From assembly GCA_002104945.1 (NCBI GenBank), contig MCFH01000014.1:124001-188000 (forward strand): a stretch of DNA of 64,000 nt, read 5' to 3'. Positions within the stretch are counted from its first letter, which is position 1; each line of letters begins with the position of its first letter. This stretch comes from Piromyces finnis finn. Taxonomy: Eukaryota > Fungi > Neocallimastigomycota. Both the position numbers and the translations under genes were made by a program. Under the pieces are notes generated by a model. That model worked only from the letters and a program-made list of their open reading frames with translations. It made no database searches and had not been told where the DNA came from. This document shows, in pieces, positions 22,491 to 34,100 of this stretch.

Positions 22491-22645
22491 CTTAACGGCA
22501 TCAAATATTTTAAACTTTATTATTAATTTAATTAAAATTATAATACATGTAATAAAAAAAAAAACTAAAAATAAAAATAAAAATAAAAAAAATATGTTTA
22601 AATAAACACAAATGAATAAAAATTGGGTATAATGTATTCTAGTAA
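22445..22645 (-). mobile_element. 5'-truncated insertion of the same LINE family (3' UTR end plus ~48-nt poly(A))
   Basis: 22492-22645 matches 3715-~3863 (TTAACGGCATCAAATATTTTAAAC...GGGTATAATGTATTCTAGTAAT) with differences in the A-rich middle. 14-bp TSD TCTATGGTGGCGTT at 22431-22444 and 22646-22659. Confidence 0.95.
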
Positions 22646-23929
22646 TCTATGGTGGCGTTGGCCCCTATTGATGTTCATGGTTTTGTTGCTTTAAACCTTT
22701 TAAACTGATCAATAAACTAATAAAAAAAAAAAAAAAGAGGTATTTTTTAAAAAGTGATTAGTTTCTTTCAACACATTCAAAATTTTTCTCGTTCCCTTGA
22801 ATTATCATTCATGGTAAAATTGTCAAAGTAAGAAATAACTACAATTTATTTTTTTCTTTTCATTTATTTAAATTTAAATATAAATGTTCTTGTATAGTTT
22901 TTACCAATCAACAAAGATAAAATATTCAATAAAAATAAATAAATAAAAGTACACTTTTTAAATATTCTTTTTTTTTTTTTTTAATTTATATTCCCCATTT
23001 AAGTTTTTTTATTTTATATTTAATTTATATTAAAATAAAATGAAAGCTTCTATTTTTTTTTTTTTTTTTTTAAAAAAAATATTTTCATCTTTAGTTTGAC
23101 TACATAGAAAAGATGATATATTATGTTGTAAAAAATATTAAATATTCTATTGTATTAAAATAAACTATAATTATTTATATTTTAATAATCTTTTTTTTTT
23201 TTTTTTAATTTTAAATAATATAAATAAATAATAAATAATAATAAGTTACTTAAATATATGTTACTATTATTGTATAAAAAAAAAGGCTCATATATATAAA
23301 TTCACCTAAAACTATTTGTATTTTTATGTTAAAATTAATAGCTTATTTTTTTTTTTTTTTTTAGAAAAAAAAACTTTTGGTAATCAAAACCTATATTATA
23401 TATTTTCATTATTATTATATAAAGTTAATTTATATCCTTAATAATGAATATATACAATATATATAAAATACAATAAAGTATTTAAATGTAAAAAAAACCT
23501 TTTTGGTGTTTTTTTGTTTTTTTTTTTTTTTTGTTTTTGTTTTTGATTTATATCTTTTTGTTGTTATATATTATTTTTTTTTTCCTTTAAAGGTTTAGTT
23601 GATTTTCGTTTTGTTTTGTTTTGTTTTGTTTCGTATTTATTAATATCTGTTTTTTTTTTTTTTTTAATTATTGATTGGAATTCATTAATTTATCCTTTTT
23701 TTTTTTTTTTTTGACTTTAAAATGATTTGTTTTTAATTAGCGTTTTAATTATTATTTTATTTTATTCTATTTTTTTTTTAGCTGTATAAAGAGTTGAATG
23801 ATTTATTTAAACAATAGAAAAATAAATCATCTAAAAAAAAAAAAAAATATTTTTCTTATATGATCAATGTATATGGATTAACCTATAAATGAATATAGAT
23901 TTAGTTTATTATTAGAGATGAGAAGAGAT

Positions 23930-26900
23930 TCAGTTACTACTACATTGAGCTAATACTTCCATAATATCTATTAAATCTTTTGGTTCTGAAACTCTCCATT
24001 GAGAAATGGATTTCTTAGATGGTGGACCAACGATAGTAGTGAAAATATTTTCTCTGGCAATGTAAGATTCATCTAAAGCCTTGAACATATCTTCATCTGT
24101 TCTATCATCACCAGCACATAAAACAAATTCACAATCTGGATGAGCACCAATTAATTGACGAACAATTTCACCTTTATTAACGGTAATTGGACGAACTTCA
24201 AGACATTTCTTTCCGTGTAAAATTTCAATTGGGTACTTGGAAAGAACAGAACTTTCAATATGGTTTTGACATTCCTTAGCTTGGAAAGTACCATAATCTG
24301 GATCGGCTAAACGATAATGCCAGGTAATAGCACATTTCTTTTGTTCAACAAAGGAACCTTGAGTACGTTCAGTATAGAAGTTGAAGATTTCTTCAACATC
24401 CTTCTTCCATGATAAATCAGTATCACTTTCTAAGTTAATCCAAACACCACCTGGATATTTGATTAAGAAACCGTGTTCAGCACTCATACCTAAGTTTCTA
24501 ATATGACCAAGATGTTTATCTAAAAAGGCTTGATCACGACCAGAGATAATAAAGACAACATTCTTTGGATCATATGTTAAAGTACGTAAGGCAGCTAACA
24601 TTTCAATGGATGGAACAGCAGCAGCTGGGGTCTTGCAAATTGGAGTTAAAGTACCCTTTTAAAAATAAAATTAAAAATAAATCGAATCATTAATAATGCC
24701 ATTTTCAATTATTATTATTATTATTGTTGTTGTTGTTGTTGTTGTTGCTGTTATTGTTGTTGTTGTTGTTGTTATTGCTACTACTACTACTACTAACAAC
24801 TATTATTACTACTATTAATATTATTATTGTCATTATTATTTTTTACTCTTTATTATTATATTTTTAAAATGACAAATACTTACATCGTAATCAAAGAAAA
24901 TTAATCTTTTCTTAGCATTAACATACTTTTCCTTAATAGTTTCTCTTTCTAATAATGGAATTGGGACAGATGGATCATAAGAATGGGAATTTCTAAGTAA
25001 TTCAGTAACAAATGATTTTGCCCAGGATTGAACAGTTTGAGAAGAAACAATTTTGTATAATTGCTATATTGTTTTTTTTAAATATATGTGTATATTATAG
25101 AATTATTATTAATAAATTAATCAATAAAGTCTATTACCCTATCTTTTTATATATTATACTATAGTTATAACTATATTATATTAAATATTTTAAATATTTT
25201 ACCTTGTACTTGATAATTTGTTCTTCCTTTGGCATGGTTAAAGCTTCATAAATAGAATGAGCAATACCCTATGATAAACAATTTCATTATATATATATCA
25301 AAAATAATTTAATAAAATTTTTATTGATGCTATGAATGAATTTTTATTGAAATAAAAACAAAAAAAATAAATATTTACAGTTTGATCCCATGGGTTAATC
25401 ATTAAAGCATCACTTAAAGAGCCAGCAACACCAGTGAATTCACTTAAAACTAATGGACAATGCTTGTCTTGAAAAAAAAAATATAATAAATAGAATTAGT
25501 TTTTTTTTTTTTCTTAATTTTAAAATATATATGTATGTATGAATATATATATATATACCTTTTTGACAAACAATATAATCATAGGACATAGTGTTCATAC
25601 CATCACGAAGAGAAGTAATTAAAGCAACATCAGCAACACTTAATAAAGCATAGTAATCAACTCTATCTAACATGTTTTGATAGTATAAAAGAGGTTGATG
25701 TTCAATGGTACCAAATTCACCATTAATACGAGCAACTAATTCAGAAATTTCAGATTGTAAGGTGTTGTTACTATCATCATCGGCACGTGCTGATGTAATT
25801 TGAATTAAAACAACTTTATTTTGCCATTCTGGGTAAAGTCTTAAAAATTTTTGATAAGCCTTTAATTTACATTCAACACCCTTGGACATATCTAATTTAT
25901 CAGAACCAATAATAATCTTCTTACCAGCATATCTTTCCTTGAAAGAAGCAATTTTCTTTAAAATACTTGATGTAGTTCTATTATTTTTTAAAAAAAAAAT
26001 TATTTATTATTAGTCATTAATATAAGTATGCTTTAAAGAATAAATGTAAAAAAAAAAAAAAAAAAAAAAAAAAATTACAATTCTTTTTGAAGATTTTCAA
26101 CATCAATACCAATTGGGAAAATTTCAACAGCAGTAACACTACCATTGTATTCAACACCTCTTGGTGTAGATTCTAAACCTAAAATTCTAGTACAATTACT
26201 GACAAAGTGTCTACAATAAGAATAAGTCTACATTTAATTTAAAAGAAAAATAATTAATTTTTAATATTTAATGCCTTATTTATAAGATTTTATTATATAT
26301 TTTGTTTTATCATTTTTTTTTCATTTTTACTAGTTTTCTTTTGTAGAGAAATAAAGAAAATACTTACTTGGAAACCAACCAAGTTACATCCTAAAATACC
26401 CTTAAGGACATCCTTCTTTTCTATAAAAATTAATTATAAAAAAATTTTTTTTTAATTTTATCTATTATTGTTTTTTTTCATTGGTTATATAAAAAATTTT
26501 AAAATATTATATACAATTCATTATATTCTAATATATTGTAAACTATATAACCACAAAAAATATTAAAATATAAAGTTTTGGTGTCTTTTTTTAAAAATTT
26601 TTAATTAACGATAACAGAAATTTCATTTTTATTCCATCGAAAAAAGAAAACTTACTAGATAAACTTCTGAAAATTTCAGATGTTGGGAAAGGTGTATGGA
26701 GGAAAAGACCAATGGTACATGTTGGAATAGCTTCTCTTAAAAGAGATGGAGCAACAAAGAAGTGATAATCTTGGAACCAAACTAAAATATAATAAAATTA
26801 TAAAAAAAAGATTTAATTTTATTTTTCATTTCTGGGTAAATGGATTGAAATGATATTTACCAAGATCTCCTGGTTGATATATTTCAACAATTTTCTTTGT

Positions 26901-27795
26901 AAATATTTGATTTACTAATTTATAAGCTTCCCAGTATTCATTTTCTTTTCTACCACTAGTATAGTTTTGTAAAATGTAGTGGAATAAAGGCCAGAGAACT
27001 AAAGAATTTTTTTTTTGTAAATGAAAAATAACATTAATAACGTCATGATATTTTTTAATGATAATAATAAATGGATAAAAATTATTTGGTTTTCTTTTCT
27101 TTTTTTTTTTTATTCTGCATTATAATATCTTTATCATTGTATAATTGTTACTATAAATTACCTGATTTACAGTAACCATTGTAATAATCGTGAAGAGTAT
27201 CTGGTTCAATTAATATTGGGATTTGCTTTAATTCAGAGTAGAGTTCACTAATTAAAGATTCTTTCATTTCTGTATTTTCATTTAATTCATTCCATGAAAT
27301 TTTTTGACCTTCAACAGTTTCTAAATCTCCTGGTAAACCTAAATGAATGACTTTATCGGCACCAAGTTCTTGTTTTAAAACTTGAATACCAGAATTCATA
27401 GCAGAATGGCTTTGACGATGGGTGAATTCCCACTTTGAATTATAACATTTATTTATTTCAGTATTTTTATATCTTTCTTCTTTTTCAGCCAAGTATTGTT
27501 CATAAGAACTAATACTAACAGCTGAACTCTTTAATAACTTTCCTCTAAAACGGCATACAGTTGGAAGTAAATGGCTTTAAAAATTTTTATTTATTTATAA
27601 TTATTTTTTTTATGATTATTTAAAATAAAATAAAAAAAAATTTTTTTTATTTTTAGTTATGCAATTTTAAAATTATAATTTATAGTTTATAAAAATAACA
27701 TTATTCCATTTCAAAATTTCTCATTAGAAATTCTTTTATTAATAAATTTCGACATACCTTACAACAATAAGTCTAGAACAATTCTTAATATCCAT
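23930..27795 (-). CDS. TPS2: Trehalose-6-phosphate synthase/phosphatase (GT20 + HAD), 11 exons: 27795-27758, 27574-27162, 26998-26861, 26781-26656, 26420-26368, 26227-26079, 25977-25559, 25467-25379, 25268-25203, 25063-24884, 24655-23930
   Basis: The spliced reading gives RLIVVSHLLP, LWPLFHY, WFQDYH, GLFLHTPFPTSEIFR, FPIGID, SLRDGMN, LSEFTG, NPWD, FFDYDGTL, AEHG and AGDDRTDEDMF. All junctions are GT-AG and in frame. Confidence 0.93.
24709..24838. repeat. Compound trinucleotide microsatellite (ATT/GTT/CTA)n in a TPS intron
   Basis: Runs of att, ttg and cta units seen directly. Confidence 0.85.
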
Positions 27796-30700
27796 GACAG
27801 TATAATTTATTTCGTTTAAAAATTAAATAAAGTCTATTACAAATTATAAAAGAAAATATAGAGTAAATTATAATTTTAGTATAGCTTTTTATATCATTTT
27901 ATTTTTATAATAAATTGAAAAAAAAAAAAAATAGTTTATGCATTTCAAATTAATTTGAAATGTTAATTTTTTTTTTTAAAAAAAAATAAAGGTAAAATAT
28001 AAATATAAAAATATTTTTTAATTTTAATAATAAAATTACAATCTATTTTATTTCGTTTATCTTTATATAAAAAATGAATATAAAAAAAAAAAGAAAAAAA
28101 GAAATACTAACGTTTAATAAATAAATAGTTTTATTTTATATATATAAAAAAAAGAGTGATAGTAATAAATATTGGTAGTAGTAAATTTAAAGTGTTTGAA
28201 TTTCAAAATTTTTTTATTAATATATTAAATTAGGACAAAGATAAAAGTTTTTTTTTATGTTTTCTTCCCTTTAAATATAAAGAGTTTAGTTTCTTTGTTA
28301 ATAATTAAATAATTATTTTTCTTTTATAAAAGTTTTATTGAAAGTTGGTTAAATATAAAAGAAAAAAAAAAAGTATCTTTTTTTATATTTTAATATATTA
28401 AAAAAAATTTTTTTTTTCTTCTTTTTATTTTTAATTTAAAAGAAATTTAAAGTTGTAGGTGTACTTTTTTTCTAAAAAAAAAAAAGTTTTATATATAAAA
28501 AAGATAGTTTAAGGGTTTTATTTTTAAATAAATAAAAAGTATTTTTAATTCATAAAGGTTTTATATTTAATATTTTCTAAACTATTATATTTTTTATACT
28601 ATTTTATATAATCATATAAGAAAATTTTATTTTTTTTTTTAGTTTTTTCTTTTTGTTTTTTCTTTTAAAATTTTTTTAATAAATTATATTTAAAATATTT
28701 TTTAAGTGACTTTTTCAATGTTTTTATTTAGATTTTTTTCTGTAATTTCTTGAACGACGTTGATGATTAAATATAAGCATTAAATATTAGTTTTAAATAT
28801 ATAAGCATTATAAAAGATTATATAGAACTGTTTTTATTAATTCATATCTAATGTATAATAAATATAATGAATATATGCATAACATATATTATAATATAAG
28901 AAATACATTTTATTTTAATTAAAAAAAGTTTAAACTTTTTTTTCAAAAAAAATAAAACTTTGTTTTTTTTTTTTAAAAAAAAAAATTAAAATAAAATAAA
29001 TAATAAATAGGGTAAAATATATGTTTAAAAATAAAAAAATGAATAAATGAATATTAATTAAATTGACTTTTATGTAAATTAAAAAAAAAAAAATCATTTA
29101 TTATATAAAAGAATTTGTCATTAAAATAGATAAGGACTGTATATATATAAATATTTTATTTTACAGAAATTTCAATTTTCATAACAAAAAAAAAATTAGT
29201 CATTTAAAGAAAATATATAAATCAAAATTTAATTAGAACTATATAGACACAAGAAAAATGGTTTTATTATTATTATTACTATTATTCAATACTAGTTTAA
29301 TTTCCTATTATATTAAATTTACTCTTTTTTTTTCAATATAAAGTAATATCCTCATTCTATATGTCAATATATCATGATTATAGGTTCAAGTTCATTATCC
29401 AATATATCAATTACTATGAAACATTTATCAAAAATGAAATAAAATAAATATATACATTACATAAAAAAGCATAGCATTACATTACAATAAAATTATAATT
29501 TTTTTTTTTTTTAGAAAAAAGTACACATAATTATGAAAATTCTAAATATGGAAATTTTTAAAATGTGGAATGATTCACGTGTGTATATCTGAATAAGATA
29601 ACTATGGACTAAAAATTCACTTTCAAAAGTAGTAAATGATAAAAAATTTATCATTACATTTACATTGATATAAACATATTATGAAAATAGAATTTGTTAT
29701 AAATACTTGAAGCTGTTTTTTTTTTTTTGGAATAGTTTCTCAAAGGTATAAAATATTAATAATAAATACAAATAGATTACATTTAAATTTTATATTCTAT
29801 AACAATGTATCTATTCCTCCTTCCATTCTTTTTCCTTTTTAATCCATTATGCATTAGGTCATTTGATAAACACAGCATTTCTGTATAATGTAAATTAGTT
29901 TTATATTTTATAATGTAAATTAAATAAAATATATTATATATATTGGAATATAATCATAATATATTAAATTTAATTATTTTTAATCTTCATTACATTAAAT
30001 GGATAATCCATCTTTTTAAAATAATTTCTGTATTTTTTTTTAAAAATTTTTATGAATCATATTTTTTTTTTTTTTAATTAAATAATCAAATCGTTAAAGT
30101 GTTAGAGTGAAGGATTATGTATATAATTCTTTTTTTTTTTTAAGTCATATTATTTTCCTTTTATGTTGGTGTGATGAATGTGTATTTCAAAATATCTTTA
30201 TAAAATTTAAAAATATTTAATCCTATAATATTTAAAGAAATGAAATTATATTGATATACTTGAATATTTTAATTTTTCGATTAAATAACGATTCTGTAAT
30301 TTTAGATTTTAGATACACAAATAAATCATAAATCCAATATTATAGTATTATTTCTATTCTTGTAAATAATATTAAATTTAATAAAAAAAGTTTAATCATT
30401 TTATATTATTATTATCTTTATATATATATTATTTAATAAAAAGTAGTATTTACTATTATATATATATTAACTTTAATATTTTTATTTTTTTAAAAAAAAA
30501 ATTAATTTTAATGTTGTAGTTAGTCAATTTAAAATACGACTACAACAACTATGGTTATAAATAATTACCAACTTTTTAACTATTGAATGAAATATTTTTT
30601 TGTATGTTTAAGATAATTATAATAAATAAAATAATATTTTAACTTTTTTTTAAAAAAAAAATTATTTCTCTCCTTTATATACTTTATTCAAGATTATTTT

Positions 30701-30852
30701 AACCATTAATATTTATTAATAATGAAAAAAAAAAAAAAACATCTTTAAACTATTTTTTTTAATATATGCTTAATTATGCAATCCATGCATTAGTAATAAT
30801 GCTTTTAATATATGATACATTAATTAATTTAAAAAAAATTATACTTGGAAAT

Positions 30853-31087
30853 TGTGAAAATAAAATACATTCCAAAATAATATTTTATGTATTTTTTATG
30901 TATTTGTATTTTATAAAATTATAAATTAATATTGTACTACATTTTTATTCTTTGGTTATTTTTTAATAAAAAGATTTTAAGAAAGTTACAATATTTATAT
31001 TATAAAATAAATATAAATAAATAAAAGATTATAAAAACCCAAATAGTTTTATAAATAAATTTAAGTGTAAACTAAATTTATCTGACA
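30853..31087 (+). repeat. 5' LTR (235 bp)
   Basis: TGTGAAAATAAAATAC...TTATCTGACA. Confidence 0.97.
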
Positions 31088-31109
31088 GATTAAGAGTCTC
31101 AATTGCTCT
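31088..31109 (+). promoter_or_regulatory. Primer-binding site complementary to the tRNA-Lys(CUU) anticodon arm (no TGG)
   Basis: GATTAAGAGTCTCA directly abuts the LTR. Its reverse complement TGAGACTCTTAATC is the typical eukaryotic tRNA-Lys(CUU) sequence at positions 27-40. TGCTCT (31104-31109) could additionally pair with the D-arm AGAGCA. Confidence 0.8.
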
Positions 31110-31135
31110 TATATTTAAGTAAGTTTTTTTTTAAT

Positions 31136-34100
31136 ATGTCAAAAAGAAAATCTAACGGAGATACTGGATCAATCCCTATATTCGATCCTACCGTTATGCT
31201 AGGAAAGGTCACTTATGAATTGAACAATAAAAATTTCATAACGTGGCAAATGTTTATGAGGAATATTTTAAATTATTATGGTCTTGAAGATTGGGTTGAT
31301 GAAAACAAAACCCCAAAGATCAAAAGTGACGAAGGAATGGATATCGACGGAGAAGAATATCTAAAGGCACCTTTTGAAATCAATACCTACTATGATAAGA
31401 ACGTAACCGAAGATGACTTAAAAACAGATAGGAATATCCAATTTTTAATTAGGTATACTTTAGGCCCAAACTGCCAACAAGATATCCAAGATAGGTCTTT
31501 AACAAGCTACGAAATGTGGAAACTATTAGAAGACATTTATTTAGGGGATAAAATAGAAAGAAAGAATAGGCTTATTAAGGAAACAAACTCCTTAAAATAC
31601 GACCCGAAAGAAAGTTTCTCAAGATTTGTAAATAAGTTAAATTCCAACTTTAATAAGTTAGAACAACTAAATGTGAAAATAGATGATGAAGAAAAAATTG
31701 GTTTACTGTATCAAGCCTTACCAGAAAAATATAGGAAAGTCACAGTCCTTAAGCATGAAGACTGGGAAGAATGCAAAAAGGACACAGCAAGAATGATAGA
31801 TAAGATGAACAAATTTGATCCGAAAGAGAAATCTGAAACCTTCGGAATTAGACATATCTTTAGTGTTGAAGGTAGTTACAAAGGTGATAAAAGAAAGGAA
31901 AGTACTAAATACTACCGCAACAAACAAAGTAATAATCATAATAAAAATACAAATAAAGGAAAAGAAAAGTCCAATGAAGAAAGAAATTGGAATAACAAAA
32001 ATAAACAAAACATTACATGTTATTTTTGTCATCAAAAAGGACATACTGTAAAACAATGTCGTATTCAAAAAGAACTTTCAGAAGAAGTTACAAGAAGGCT
32101 AAGAAAAGAGAAAAATAAAGGCAAGGAAGCATTTTTAGCAACAGGTGAAATAGTAAATAAACAAACCACTGAAGACTTTGAACCAGAAGTTGGATATCAA
32201 GATTTGTTTACAGTTGATTACAATACATTATTTGACAATAACAATGATGAATGTAATAATAAATCATGCAATTACGTATCTTGTGAAAATGTACCTACAA
32301 GTTTTACTACATGGACTTTAGATTCTGGTGCTTCTAATCATATTACCAAAGATATAGGAATTCTCAAAAATGTTTTTGAACATGTAGAACCAATCAATTA
32401 TGCAAATGGAGCGACTACAAAGTCAACACATATGGGTGAAGTAAATGGATCTATTAATGAAGAACCAATAAAATTAGAAGATGTAATGTACATCCCAGAT
32501 GTAAAACGAAATTTAATTTCTGTTGCCAAGTTAGTTAAAAGTGGCTACCAAATAATCTTTGATGAGAAGAACAATAATGTATTTGCATATATAAAAGATA
32601 AGAAAACAGATAATGTATACGAAGTTAAAGCAAATGAATATGATGTATTCAATTTGTACATCAAAGAAGGTAATGTAGTTAATAATTACTCAATGTGCGA
32701 TAATGTACGAAACAATGGTGAATACTGGCATAGAAGAATAGGGCATCTGAATTTCAACAATAATGATGAAAAGAACAATATTCACAATTGTACAATATGC
32801 ATGAGAAGCAAAATGAAAGAAATCCCTCATAAAAGGTCAGATAGTAGAGCATCAAGTGTTTTGGAACTAGTACACATCGATTTGGTAGGTCCAATCACAC
32901 CATCAATTCATGACAACGTATACTTTTTAAGTATCTTAGATGATTACAGTCGATATGGATGGGTAATATTTGTCAAGAATAAAAGTGATGTTTTCAAAGA
33001 ATTTGGAAATTGGCTGAATAAAACTACTAATGAATTATCATCCAAAGTAAAATATCTTAGAAGCGATAATGGAACTGAATTCACTTCTAATAACTTCAAG
33101 GAGTTATGTAACGAATATGGAATAACTCAACAATTCACCGTCCCTGGAAATCCGGAGCAGAATGGAAGAGCAGAAAGATTCAATGGAAAGTTAATAAAAA
33201 CTGCTACTGCAATGTTAATGGACGCAAGGTTATGTCGTCGCTTTTGGGAAGATGCTGTGAAAACAGCGAACTATGTTCATAATCGAGTTCCGCACAGTGG
33301 AATTAATGGTGAAATACCATTTGAATTAATGTACAACAGAAAAGTTGATTATAAAAATTTAAGAGTATTTGGATGTAAAGTGTATTATTTAGATGACAGT
33401 AACATTCCAAAATTTCAAGACAAAACTAAGGAGGGAATCTTTATCGGATATGATGAATCTTCAGTAGGATACAGAATATTCGACATAAAATCAAGGAAAA
33501 TTAAAGTGAAAAGAGTCGTAGGTTTTTTAGAAGAAGAACCTGGTGACTACAATTATAATTTAGAAAAAGAAAATAATAATGAAACATATAGTCAAGATAC
33601 AGAAACTTTTCAAGTAAGGAACTTTAATTATATGTATGATAAAGAAAATGAAAACAATAACAATAAAGACAAAAAAGAAAAGGACATTTCAAATGAAAAT
33701 GATAAATTAATGAATGAAAACCTAGAAACACTCAATGATAAAACTAGTAATAAAGAAGACTTAAAAGAAGTAAATTATGAAGAAAAATTTAGAAATATAG
33801 AAGAAAAGCTGGATAAGCTCACGTCACTATTAAATAAAGAAAAAAATAATAGTTCTGAAAGTTTTATGCAAGTCTGCGAGGACACTAATGATAGTAATAT
33901 GAGTATAGAAGACTCAGAAGAAGAAGACTTAAATCTCTTAGACTATATTAAACTAAAAGAAAAGAAAAAAGAACGTTTGAACAAAAATAATTACCAGAAA
34001 ATTGAAGAAATGGAAGAAAATAAAGAAATTAAAATAAGTACTTCAATGGAATCTGTAAGTGAAACCAATAAAGAAAAAGAAAACAATAATGACATTTCAG

